Source of the DNA: the human T2T-CHM13v2.0 reference genome, Homo sapiens
DNA length: 64,000 bases
Assembly (NCBI RefSeq): GCF_009914755.1
Contig: NC_060928.1
Direction: 5' to 3' (one strand)
Shown here one piece after another: positions 1 to 14,213 of this stretch. Under the pieces are notes generated by a model that worked only from the letters and a program-made list of their open reading frames with translations, searched no databases and was not told the origin of the DNA. The position numbers and the translations under genes were made by a program. Numbering within the stretch: the stretch's first letter is position 1; every line of letters begins with the position of its first letter.

Positions 1-74
1 AGAAAATGCTAACAAATCTGTCTTAAAGTATTTTTGCACTTTAACTTTGAGCCTTTAAAAGTGTAGTTACTGGT

Positions 75-199
75 GGCCAGGCGGGGTGGCTCACGCCTGT
101 AATCCCAGCACTTTGGGAGGCCGAGGCGGGCGGATCACGAGGTCAGGAGATCGAGACCATCCTGGCTAACACAGTGAAACCCTGTCTCTACTAAAAATA

Positions 200-238
<39 letters not shown>

Positions 239-395
239 AGCCCGGCATAGCGGTGTGCGCCTGTAGTCCCAGCTGCTGGGGATAGGCAGGAGAATGGCGT
301 GAACCTGGGAGGCGGAGCTTGCAGTGAGCCGAGATCTCGCCACTGCACGCCAGCCTGGGTGACAGAGCAAGACTCTGTCTCAAAAAAAAAAAAAA
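75..395 (+). mobile_element. AluY-like SINE, full length, with expanded A36 middle linker
   Basis: GGCCAGGCGGGGTGGCTCACGCC start. Y-type tracts GAGATCGAGACCATCCTGGCTAACAC and GAGAATGGCGTGAACC...GGAGCTTGCAGTGAG. Poly(A) tail. 18-bp TSD AAAAG(T/G)GTAGTTACTGGT at 57-74 and 396-413. Confidence 0.95.
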
Positions 396-3300
396 AAAAG
401 GGTAGTTACTGGTAAGATTTATAATTCACCCTAGATAAAGGAATTGTGTAAAATGTTAAATTGTCTGTTAAAAAGAAAGCCTAGCCAAAACAACAAAATA
501 AGTGCCCTTAAATCATTTTAAATGAAAAAACTTGGTATGTAAATGATTATAATTGTATTTCTGACTTCATGGCAATCTTTAAAATATATGACAACTTATA
601 TAGTCCTTAGACTGATCATATGAATCATACATTTGTGTGACTATAGAGAAATTTTTGCCACTAAATGTATGGAATATGTTATATTGCTGAATGCATATCA
701 GCAATATTCAGAAGTAATATTTAAAATGTTTTTAACCAAGCTTTTGCTAGTTTTTTTCCCTATGACACGTAGTTAATTTTAAAGGCTAAAATTTATGCAA
801 TCTATAATTACCAATTTCATAAGGGCATAAGACAGAAACTACCTTATAATATTAATTATTTTTGACCAGTACACATAACAGACAATCTATTATGAAAGAA
901 CAAAATTTGTCATTTGATCTCAGGAATATTTTATAAATCCATGTTTATTTTGAATTGGCATCAGATACAATGACATTTCTCTCCTCCACTCTAATTTACT
1001 ACAACATTAAAGGAAATTTAAGCAAGTTTTAAAATACAGAACTATTTTTAATTATGAGGGGGAAAAAGAATAATGATTAGCTTTAAATATAACCAATTGA
1101 TTGTGTCAACATGGTCAAGGGTAGCTGCTCAGACATGTCATTCATGGATATCGCCACATCCATCAAACTGCATTCAGGGTCCTACCAGGTTATTAAATGT
1201 ATGTTACTTGAAATATTGGTGAGAAAACAACAGAAGTATTGTATGGTTTTTATCAATCATTTTAGTTATAGATGGTTTTCCATTTCCTTTTGAACTTAGT
1301 GTTAATATTTTCCAGCTGGAACATTTTTCTAATATATTTAATTTATATAGTGTTTACTTAATAAAATTACCCCCAACATTCCAAAAATGTTGTCAAGACA
1401 TAATGTTATATTTTATATTTTAATTCTAATATGCCCACATTTCCATATTATTGTAAAGGTTAATATTAATCATAATTAAAATTTTATTTCTGTGAATTAG
1501 GTGCTTAAACAGGTGTTGGTCACCCTGAATTATCACCAACACAACCCACATATAACCTTTTGAAGTAAAATAATGGAATATTTTACTTGATCTTGGTCTC
1601 AATGAAGTTTACATTATGAGTAGTGCCTAAAAATCCACCTGACTTTAATGAACATTAGTAGAGGTATAACAAACAAATCTTGGATAAAATATATTTTCTG
1701 ATTAGTATAGGTTACTGCACTGATTTTTGCTTGAGATTTTAAAAATCCAGCATTCTCTGGAAGAATATAGATTTAATCAATTCTAGTATTCCTGATGATT
1801 GATGTAACCAGAAATATTGGGCCTTAAAGAATTAGAAAAACATTTAGAGATTGATATATATAGATTGGGCTCACATTAGCCATAATAATATCCTAAAACT
1901 GATGAGTAATAGTAGACATCACCTCACCCCCATTCTCCACACATATGTAAGATAACCATATTTCTGATATGTTGTCAAGTATACTATAATGTAAAATAAA
2001 CGATTTTACCTGATGACCTCCAAGGTCTCTTTAAACTTCATGAGCATTTGATTCTATCAGACAAGGACATGGGAGCAAGAGGTGAGTGGAGAAGGATGCA
2101 GTTCATTTGTATTATTGTGACCATAGTCATCAATTTTTAATAATACCAAATGTGAAAAAAACTCTGTCATTATTACTTGAGTCATAGGAAAAATGTCTTC
2201 CTGTTTCAGAAAACATCCAAAATAAGGCCCCTACTGGATTCTGAATTTGTCATTTTCTACATTTCAAAATAATTTTGGTTGGAAACTGGCAAAATCATTA
2301 ACCTCTAAGCTTTAAGTCATTGCATAGTTGGGATAAAACATTTTAATTTATGGTGGTAAAACTATAAAAATTCAACAGTAAAAGAGAATTTAACTCTGAA
2401 GATTAAATTGCATAAGCTTACTATTAAAATAAAACATCTCCTCCATTATTCTTTCTTTGAGTTGTATCAGCAAGCTTTTAGATGTATACGAAATATTAAC
2501 AATGACTAAAATATAATTATGTTATCCAAGGTTATTTTTCTAATTGAGGCATTTATAAATATCCATGTGGTACTTTCTAGTTTATGATACTTTTAGGGAT
2601 CTCTACAAGGATACTTGCATAATATATGTGGAGAGATGTGTTCAATCAAGTAGTCACCTAAGCAGCAGAAGTTGAATTATAAAAACCTAATACTGCTTTT
2701 GAGATTGGATGTCACCGCATTTTACAGATAACTGAAAATAATCATAACTATCAAAAGAGTAAACTAAATGGGGCATGAATGACTTGCCGGAGAATTGGAA
2801 GTATAAATTTTTCCTACAAATGTTAGTATTTATTATAATTTACTTGAAAAAAATGGCAAAAAAAATTCCATGTGGCTCACAAGAGTTTACTGTATAGAGC
2901 TTATAATAATTAACTTAGGAACATTTAAGAATATGTTAGCCAGTAATATTTGATAAACAATTAATAAATGGATTATACATTCACCTCAGTCTTTGTTTTT
3001 AAAATGTGAGATACTTCAGATAAATTTTTACAAGTCTCCCATTTAAATATATGTTTTATGGATACTGCCTAAAAATCATAAGCAATATTGATAAAAGTAG
3101 GATATTAAGGAAATTAATCATTTTCATTCCTAATGAAAGTGGCCTGATTTTTTAATACAGAAAATTTGATATCCAAAACTTTGCATTTAAGTTTGGCATG
3201 TTATTAGTCAACTTGCTTAACTTCCTGCACTGTTTTCTACATTTGCTTTGCTCTTATTAAACTGAAATGATAAGCATCCTGATAAATGAATAGTTGCATT

Positions 3301-4479
3301 GTATTTATATTTCTCTGCTACATATGTAACAAATTTGGATTAACCCTGTCTGTGGCATTCGTAAATTTAGAATAACGCTTTATTGTCTGCATTGGGAGAA
3401 ACCTTTCAACCTCTTGTCCATTCGGATAATGAATTATTGCTATTCCTGTGATATACTGGCACTACACTCCATCCTTCTTACAATTTCAGCAAGTAAAGTG
3501 TGCAAAGTTTGTCATTTGTCAAATTTTAATGAAGTTTGGGGAAGAAAGGAGGTGTATCACAATAGCATTGGAGATTACACAATAATATAGATATACAACT
3601 TTGGTCTTAGACTGCGCTGCAGCCATCCTCACTTGCTGGTACTCATTATACAGGACTCTGACTTGTATGGTTATCATGTTCTGAGGCCTTTTAACCATAA
3701 ATTTATGACTTTGTTTATCAATCAAAAGGAGTATTCATATGTTCTACTAAACAGAAGGCTTTTGTCTCAAGGGAATACGCATCCCTTAGAATGCAAAAAT
3801 ACTACTTAGTCATTATTTAAATACTATTGGGGATTTTTTACTGTAAAGTGATCTACAGTAATACATCCTGATTATACAGAAATATGCTGTAATGTTATTT
3901 ATAAATAATTATTCTTAACAAAAATGAGAGGAGCACTTACTTGATTTAACAAATTTCAAATTTTAATCCAAATATTTAAATTTTCATAGATTGCTATATA
4001 GTATTTATACTGTATTTTCCTAATCTTTTTGTAAATGTGGCTGAAATCATATTAGAATAAGACTTTTGAAAATCAAAAATTAAGTGTCTTTTGTTAACAT
4101 AGCTTGACAGTACAATAAACACGTTTCTTAAGATTGTAATCTACAGGAAGATGTTTCAGACCTATTGTGTATTATTCTAAAAAAGATTAACGGCATTTTT
4201 ATCTTTTTTCATCTATAAAACAGGGGAGCAGGAGAGGATTTTTAAAGGTACCCTTTTACCTCTCATAGGTATAGATAGTCATAATTTTAGTTTGAGATAT
4301 CAAAGAAACATGTGCCCATGATTCAATATTATAATTATGTGATTTATACATTAAATCAAGATGTTATCATAGTTTCTAAGTCATGTTCACATAGAAGCAA
4401 GTCATGGGTAGTGTTGGCTGGAAAGGCTAATAGGGACGGTAGAACTCAAAGTTGAATGTTTCTTTCTCTTGCTTTGTAG

Positions 4480-4565
4480 GCAGCCTCCTTAACTGTGGAC
4501 TCCTGTTCTGAGAACCAAGAGCCAGGATATTGTACTGTCAGTAATGTGGCAGTTTCAGATGACTG
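4480..4565 (+). CDS. FAT4: FAT4 internal coding exon (86 nt), laminin-G 1 domain part: AASLTVDSCSENQEPGYCTVSNVAVSDDW
   Basis: Pyrimidine tract plus TAG acceptor (4477-4479) and TG|GTAAGG donor. Phase 0 start, phase 2 end, joins 5463 in frame. Peptide recognised as FAT4. Not in the ORF track. Confidence 0.93.
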
Positions 4566-5462
4566 GTAAGGAATAGGATTAGTTTAATTTTTATTATTAC
4601 TTAAAATTTTTTAAAATAAACTTTATACCTAAAAATAATTATAGGATGCTAAGTAGTACATAAAGCTTAAGATATTTTATTTCCCTCTCCAAATTTTCAT
4701 AATATAAAATAGTCAATAATTACTGTGCAAAATGTGTTAAAATGTGTGAAATGAAGTGGTAGAAATAAGGATAAAATTGGAGAAAAGGAAATTAAATATA
4801 GCCAGTAGTCTTTGGAAAGATTCATGAAATAATTGCATATGACCTTCATTCTGAAAAACATGTAGGATAAAGACCTCAGTTCTTTCAAATGCGTTTCTAA
4901 AAGTTTACGTGAAAATTATTAACAGATATTTTTCCATAGCACTTAAAGCTGAGCACAGCAGTATCTACCAGAAAATAAGTGATTTTAATAGGAAAAATGA
5001 TAAACAGAGAAAAATAAGTAGTCACGCATCATGATGCATCATTCATTGCCTCAATCAACTTATTGGCATCCCTTGCATTGATCAACTTACTGATATTCTT
5101 TATCATCTCTTCAGGGAAGGAGCAGTGTAATCTAACGTAAATATTAGAGTTGTCACTAATTCTACAGCATTTTATTTTCCCTCTGAGAGTATGCTCCTTC
5201 TTGTTGACTCAGTATTGTGATAATATACATCTAACTTGACTAATTGAAAACATAATTTCCATAAATATTATTATTTTTCATAATTCAGAAGTCTAACAAC
5301 TCTGTGTGTGTATTGGACACTCTTCTACATATTTTCCATTGAAATTTATCACACTATAATAAATGTCAAAAAAAAGCTATATTCACTCTTTTTCGAACTA
5401 AACATTATACTAAAAATGTAATCTTTTGACACTAATATTTATATCTTCCATTATTTATTTAG

Positions 5463-5642
5463 GACTCTTGATGTTCAGCCAAATAGAGTTACAGTTGGAG
5501 GTATCAGATCTCTAGAACCAATCCTTCAGAGAAGAGGACACGTGGAAAGCCATGATTTTGTTGGGTGTATAATGGAGTTTGCAGTCAATGGAAGGCCTCT
5601 GGAACCCAGCCAAGCTTTGGCAGCACAAGGCATCCTAGATCA
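5463..5642 (+). CDS. FAT4: FAT4 coding exon (180 nt), end of laminin-G 1: TLDVQPNRVTVGGIRSLEPILQRRGHVESHDFVGCIMEFAVNGRPLEPSQALAAQGILDQ
   Basis: TTTAG acceptor and CA|GTATGG donor. LamG C-terminal FVGCI motif. Overlaps ORF 5542..5742. Confidence 0.95.
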
Positions 5643-6825
5643 GTATGGCGATTTTATTTCTTACTGTTTTAAAGAAAAAAAATGCAAAAAAGTATGCTTC
5701 AGTGAGCATCAAAAGATGAAATTATTATGCTCAAATCTCTAAAAATACCAAATGATTTACATTGTTTTGAATTTTAAATACTATACCTTTGAAATTTTGG
5801 CATAAAGTATGATATTTAATTAGAAAATTAATATGTTTCTAGATTCTTATACATATATATATATATATGCATGTGGGCATGTATATGTTTTATCCTCTTA
5901 CAGAGAGTTGTGAAGATTAAATTAGTTAAGTTGGTAAATTATATAAAAAAGGGTTCCAGCACAGAGAGATATATAGATGTTAGCCATCATGGACACATAG
6001 AACTTTATTTCACATTAAATAGTTTTACTTATAGACATACATATTCCTAAAAACTTGATACAGCTTTAAAAACAGGCAATAACTTGATTAATTATGAACT
6101 GTAAGGCTTTTTTATTTGATTATTAATTAGGTTTCTAGCAATAACTTAGGGATGTTAGAAATTACATATTTTATTTTAAAATTCCTTTTGTTCATTATCG
6201 AAGTTTGAAAAATTCTGAAAAAATACAAGGAAGAAAACAAAATTAACCTATAATCTAACCACCCAGAGACAACTACTCTTAGGTTATTGTCATGTTTTGA
6301 CTGCTTAGTATCCCAAGATGTGAATGTGCTATATTTTAACTGTTGCTATACACTTTAGTTATTTCCAATTTTATTAATATACCAATTACCCTGTGATGAA
6401 CACATTTTCACAAAAATCTTTGCTCACATTATTTTTTGGATGAGATTACCAGAAATAAAACTATTAAAGGCAAAGCTAGGAATACTTTCTAATGTTTGTA
6501 ACTTAAGTATTTTAATAACATTTTCTATTTGCCTTTCTTTTCCTACATGTTGTTACTGTTTTGTTACAAAGTCACACTAGTTCGTTATGATTATTAATCA
6601 AACAGTACAGAAAAACAAAGGATTGGGATTGCCACCATTGTTAATACTTCGGTGTGCATCCTTTTATATCTCCGTGTTCACACAAGTACTTTTTTAAATA
6701 TCAATTTTTTTTTTCATTTAGAGATATTTTGTGAACATCTTTTTAGGTCAAAACCTACTGAAACAAAACTTTTAGACTTACCTTTAACTCCTCTGTTTCT
6801 GTTAGACCTTATGTCCAGAATGATG

Positions 6826-7131
6826 TTTCTGTTTGTTTGTTTGTTTGCTTTTTGAGACAGAGTCTTGTTCTGTCGCCCAGGCTGGAGTGCAATGGCGGGA
6901 TCTCGGCCCCCTGCAACCTCCACCTCCTGGGTTCAAGCAATTATCTGCCTCAGCCTCCGGAGTAGCTGGGATTACAGGTGCCTGCCACCACGCACAGCTA
7001 ATTTTTGTATTTTTAGTAGAGACGGGGTTTCACCATGTTGACCAGGCTGGTCTTGAACTCCTGACCTCATGATCCACCACCTCAGCCTCCCAAAGTGCTG
7101 GGATTATAGAGGAGAGCCACTGCACCCAGCC
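6826..7131 (-). mobile_element. AluS-family SINE
   Basis: Reverse-strand Alu body (TGAGACAGAGTCTTG...GAGCCACTGCACCCAGCC) with (GTTT)n tail. Explains ORFs 6714..6923 and 6833..7072. Confidence 0.93.
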
Positions 7132-7149
7132 TAGAATGGTTTTTAAAAC

Positions 7150-7690
7150 ATAAGTCAGTTAACTTTTCACTTCTTGGCTCAAAGTGCTTCAATAGCTTCC
7201 CATCTCACCCAGCTTCAAAGCCAAAATCCTGACCCTGAATGAAAACATTTTTATGATCTGCCATCTCCCTTCACTTCCTGAACATATCTAACTATTCTTC
7301 TTCTTGTGCCCTGAGCTCCAACCATGTTGGGCCTCGGTGTTTCTCAAACATGGCAGTACGCTTTCACTTCAAGGCTTTCTCACTGGCTGTTTCCTCTAGC
7401 TGAAAAGATATTCTACCAGATATACTTCATTCCCTTATTTTATTTAGGTCTTAACAAAGATTAAGATTAATTCACTGCCTAATCTAAAGATTCAGCAAAC
7501 CCGCAAACTCACTATACCCTTTCTCACCTTGATTTTCTCTATAGCTACTTTTTTCTTTATTTTCTGCCTCTTCCACAAGAAAAAATAAGTACTTCCTCAG
7601 TACACGGTTATTTTTTCATTACTTTACTTCCATGCTTAGAACAGTACTTAGCATATGGTAGGCATTCAATAAACATTAGTTGCATGAGTA
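7150..7690 (+). mobile_element. L2 LINE 3' fragment (degraded)
   Basis: Ends in L2-like terminus CTTAGAACAGTACTTAGCATATGGTAGGCATTCAATAAACATTAGTTG. Upstream GGCTTTCTCACTGGCTGTTTCCTCT is typical of L2. Confidence 0.65.
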
Positions 7691-8044
7691 TCCTGATAGA
7701 CATGTGTCAAAAAATATGTGGTCCCTGGATCATATGTATTAACCAAAGTGTTTATTTGACCAAGGTATTTTATTCAAGTAAGAATTAATTTAAAGAAGAA
7801 ATTGTCACAGCTTTCTCATTATTATATAAGACATAATTTTTTTTGAATCTTCTTTAGTGTGAGGCAGACTATGTTTTCTAGGAAAACTTCTGGTTTGATT
7901 AGTTTCTCCAAATGTAGTTGTAACTTGAGCTTCAAATAATGGAGTGCTTGAAATTAAACAAGCTAATAAAAGTTTATATTGAGTTTTAGCAAACTTCTCC
8001 TCATCTTTTATGTGCGTTATTGTTCTCATTATGATTTATTTTAG

Positions 8045-8169
8045 ATGCCCTAGGCTGGAAGGCGCTTGTACTCGCAGCCCATGCCAACATGGTGGCACAT
8101 GTATGGATTACTGGTCATGGCAGCAGTGTCATTGCAAAGAGGGACTCACTGGGAAATACTGTGAAAAAT
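8045..8169 (+). CDS. FAT4: FAT4 coding exon (125 nt), EGF-like repeat: CPRLEGACTRSPCQHGGTCMDYWSWQQCHCKEGLTGKYCEK
   Basis: TTTAG acceptor and T|GTATGT donor. Six-cysteine EGF spacing. Phase 2 in and phase 1 out fit both neighbours. Confidence 0.95.
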
Positions 8170-9824
8170 GTATGTAAGGTCTTCCGTCTTCCCCTGGAAA
8201 TTTTAATAACTATGAAAAGTAAAATATATGCACCCAAGTATGTAATCAAATTAAAAATTATGCTTTCATTCTAAATATTAAAATATTAAATGGACAATAA
8301 TTGGTAAAATACAGTGACATTTTAAAAATTATTTTTGTAACCTGAAGAAGAATGATATCCTTTTAAAAAATCGTTTACTAACTAAATCTCTAGCTTCCAC
8401 TTTAAAGGTATTTTATTCACTTATTTTTGTTTGTTTTATTTCTTAGAATTCTAGGCAATCTAAAAGATCAAAGGCTATAGTTAGGCTTTTTTTCATATTA
8501 TCTGCCTTTGGGGGATATTTTTCTGGTGAATTTTTGTGCATAAAAAGGTATACACACTAAATCACTCAACACTGAGATCAAAACATCATACAGAGCCATC
8601 ATAATATGTTAAAATTAATGTTGATACTTTCATTTTAATGTACAAGTAGTAGAATTAATTTTGAATATTACTTTTTAAAATCCTTTCATCATTGTCTTCT
8701 AAGCCTAATGTTATTATTTAGACATTAATGATGTTCATATCATCATTAGAAAATGGTGCTCTCTAATTTCGAGCTGCACATCTCACTAACTAACCCTAAT
8801 GGTTCCTCTTTTGTAAAAATTCTTCATTTTCAAACAAGTGGTTACTACTTAACTCCATTGCAGGTATCTGACTACATTTAAGGAGTCATTTGATTAAATT
8901 ATATTATGAAAACAAATAGAAATGCATAATAAAATTGAGGATATAATATAATCTAAAAGGTCTTAGCAGAAAGTGTAATTGTGTGTAATAATATTAGATA
9001 TAATGAAAACATAGAAAATATATACTGTCATGTGATTTTCAATGTAATAAATATTTAATAAGGAGCCTAATTATATCTGAAATATGAGTCATTGGCTAGA
9101 TAAATACCAGAGACACTTTTTCTTAAATCATGATATAACTCACATACTATAAAATGTATTCTTTTAAAGTGTATCTTTCAGGGCTGAAATCCATTTGAGC
9201 TCATTTTCTTAATATTCTTTCTTTAGCTATATTATTTGTTTCTATAACTTAAGCTTCAATATTTCTGGAATGTGGATTTTTTTCAGATTACAATAAACTA
9301 TAATATACATACTGATTATACATGATGATAAATTATATGTGATGATTACTGAAAATAAAGTTAGTTACCGATGTAAATACTTGATTGAACACTTCTTTGT
9401 CCTAATTTATAGCATACTAGAGACTAAAGATTACAAATCATTTTAACCATGCAAACATATATTTTGGAAACACAGTGAAAATGATTACAAACAAATTTTT
9501 CAAGTACATATTACCAACAAGTGCCTGTCTTTAGATATTCATAATTTACGTAATGTGGCAAATAGTTTAGTAAAATATTTCCCAAATGGTTAATGACTGT
9601 CATAGAGTATTTTAAGTTCATGGTTCTGAAATGCATTTAAACATGTGAAATCAACTTATATAATGATTCATAAATGGAAATTATTTTTTAAGAGTAGAGT
9701 TGGGGGACATTAATTCCCAAAATGACATTTTCATTGTCCTTTTTATATTTTTGTCACTATAGAAAACACTCCAAGAAATGCCAAATGAATGCATTCATTT
9801 TCCCTTTTTTCCTTTGACTTCCAG

Positions 9825-10042
9825 CTGTTACTCCTGACACTGCCTTATCATTAGAAGGCAAAGGGCGCTTGGACTACCACATGAGTCAGAATGAGAAGCG
9901 GGAATATTTGTTAAGGCAAAGCTTACGAGGTGCCATGTTGGAGCCTTTTGGTGTGAACAGTCTGGAAGTAAAATTTAGGACCAGAAGCGAGAATGGCGTT
10001 TTAATCCATATCCAAGAAAGCAGCAATTACACTACTGTGAAG
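9825..10042 (+). CDS. FAT4: FAT4 coding exon (218 nt), start of laminin-G 2: SVTPDTALSLEGKGRLDY...LEVKFRTRSENGVLIHIQESSNYTTVK
   Basis: Long pyrimidine tract plus CAG, and AAG|GTGAGA donor. LamG motif FRTxxxNGVL. ORF 9869..10051. Confidence 0.95.
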
Positions 10043-11211
10043 GTGAGATAAAAGCTAATGGTGACTTCATTTGATTAGACCGCCTGCCGTGTAGTGGTTT
10101 AAATCACTTCCCCCATAATTTCTGTCCTTTTCTTTACAACCCATTAGAGTTCCGACTAATGCTGGGCACTATTCCAATGTCATCTATCTTAACTATTCCC
10201 CAGGCATTGGCCAGAGTAACAAAGATCTGAATGGTTTGGTTTCTACACACTTTTGTGTTGCTTTAGAGTAGAGAACCCTGCCAGGTAGGCCAGCACACAA
10301 AGAATTAGTTGCAATCTATTTTTCTGGTAAGAATTTATATCACTTCTTTTCTTACTTTTAGACAAAGCAAACCAAAAATATAATGTTTGTTTGAAATACA
10401 AAAATATTTTTCTCCAACAATTATTTCAAATATTGATATGTATATGTCAATTGACAGGATTAGAATAAGGAAAAACATTTTGAAATAAGCAAAAACATTT
10501 TGAAATTATATGATTTCTGGAGCATATATTCAATTCTCTATATAAACTCTGTGGAGTAAAGTATATTTGGAATTCATTATAATTTTACTTAACCTTTCCA
10601 AATAATTTTTAAATAATCTTAAAAATTATGCTTCATGAGAACAATGGATTTATCATTAGGCTTTTACATAATTTGTTTTTTCTTATCTGTAAATAAGATA
10701 CTAGACTTATATACAGATGAATAATTTCATTAGATATCCATTTTTGCATTGGCCCTTAGCTTTCTGAAGTTTTAAACCTATGTTCTGCTTTCTTTCCCAC
10801 AAATAAGTCATCTCCTAGACCAACAGTTTCTTTAGTTTAGTTATATTTACTGCCTTCCATTAATATTACTTTGTATCATTCTACTGATAATTTTTTATAT
10901 AAATTTTAGTAAATTCTTAAGATAACAAATCCAGATTTCCTGAATTATTTTCATCTATTAGTCAATATTTAATAACTACTCCAGGGATAGTTCACAGAGA
11001 AAAAGAGCAATTTGTTCAGAAAAATTATTTGGTTTAATTCACATATAATACTAAAAATAAAAATAGATGTTCACTTCTAAACTTCAGCCTCTTTCATCCT
11101 CAAAATTTTTCTCTGTGCAAGCCAACCATGATTATGTTGCATATAAATATATTTAATAAGTAGTACAAAAACCAATATTTCTTACCTTCTCAAATGATAA
11201 TTCCTCTAGTC

Positions 11212-11414
11212 CAGTCATTTCCAACTAGGATAGATTTTACCCCCATGGGACATTTGGCAATATCTGGAGACATTTTCAATTGTCACGGTTAGGAGTTGGG
11301 AGAGTACTTCTGGCGTCTAGCGGTAGAGGTCAAGAATGCTGCTAAACAGTAGCACTTCACAACAAAGAGTTATCTGGCCCCAAATATCATTAGTGCCAAA
11401 TGGCAGACACCCTA
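11212..11414 (+). mobile_element. MER20 (hAT-Charlie) DNA transposon
   Basis: GGACATTTGGCAATATCTGGAGACATTTT, GGTAGAGGTCAAGAATGCTGCTAAACA and ACAACAAAGAGTTATCTGGCCCCAAAT match the recalled MER20 consensus. Confidence 0.85.
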
Positions 11415-12303
11415 CCCTTTTCCCTTACAAGAGAACATCTTCAGGTTTTAACTTTACCTCTATTGAAGCAAAGGACCCAGTTCCAGAGTTAATAAAACAA
11501 CTGTAAAAGAGAACACATAAGCCATTGTATTACATTATTATCTGGTACTTATAATTTTCATTGAAAATGGTATTAGAAGTAAACAAAGTAAAGAAGCAAA
11601 AAAAGAAATAGATCCTCATCTTCTATAAGAAACATATTTTATATGGTTTGAGAGGCTTTGACATTGAGGTCTGTGTGTTATCTGTTAAGTTGCTTCCAAG
11701 TCTTCGTGCCATTTAAATGACATATGAAATATTTCTGTACTAACGTACACTTAAAGCCAAGGAATTCAGTCAAAATACAATGTGGTTGAAAAAAATCAGA
11801 GACACATTTTTTTCTTCACTAAGGAAAAAGCTGAATGTCAGGATCCATTTTTGTCACCATAAATTCTTCTACTTCCAACAGGACAGCGCATACAACTCCA
11901 GATTTTGTTAGCTTGGTAGCAATAACTTAATTTTTTTCCTGAAAGGAAAGTAAGTGCAAATTAATAAAAAAATGAATAATACAGACCAAAATGCATAGTT
12001 TTATATGAAAATTTTGAAAAGAAGCTTTTCAAAGGGGCTTGGCAGGTAAAGAGAATAGGTAAGAAAAAATAACAACAGTGAATTAAGAATAACTAAGTAA
12101 ACCAAAAGAAAGTGGCTGTTGTAAGCAGGCAAATTATTTGGATGATAGGAGTATCAAGTGCTTATACAGACTAGGAAGCTAGTTAGGATGGACTTTTACT
12201 TATCAATTAGCTTATTGGTCACCAAGACCCCAGGGTTCCGTTTTTTTTTTTTTTTTTGGCTCCTTTTCTGATCCTTTCTTTAACTCTTTCTTATGGTTTG
12301 CAT

Positions 12304-12362
12304 TCTCTCTCTCTCTCTCTCTCATTCTCTTTTCTATCATTCTTTCTCTCTCTCTCTACAGA

Positions 12363-12408
<46 letters not shown>
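12304..12408. repeat. Compound (CT)n/(CA)n microsatellite
   Basis: Interrupted CT dinucleotide run followed by a long CA run. Confidence 0.95.
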
Positions 12409-12410
<2 letters not shown>

Positions 12411-12872
12411 GACAGAAGATGAGGACATTTTGTGAAAAATGAGGAAGGGTGTTGGGTAAATGGGATTCCATGTGGCTAGAAGAGAGAGAGGGTGTCAGTG
12501 TCAGGTGAGGGCAGCAATAGTGATGAGAGGAGAGAGAAGAATATATAGAATCAATTGGGTCTATTCAGAAAAAGAAAAAATTAAGAAAAGAAAATTTCAG
12601 AGAGAAAGGCAAAAGGAAAGCATAATTGTGTAAAACTTTGTAGGCCAATATTTAACTCATTTCACAAATCTCTCTTCATTCATGGCATGCCCTATAGCTC
12701 CATATTTGATGTTCTGTAATAATAGTAATGTGATGGACTTTATTTCTACTCTAAATCAGTTCTTTTGTGTTTGTCTGGTTTTTTTAAGTGGGCAACATAG
12801 GTGATACAGAATAATTGGAATAAGGAATTCAAAGCTCTATAGATTCAAATTAAATAAATGAACAAATAAATG

Positions 12873-14213
<1,341 letters not shown>

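Noticed and set aside
10445-10506. Palindrome TGTCAATTGACA and a 20-bp-period duplication AAAAACATTTTGAAAT
   Set aside because: Short and AT-rich. Expected by chance or local slippage in 64 kb.
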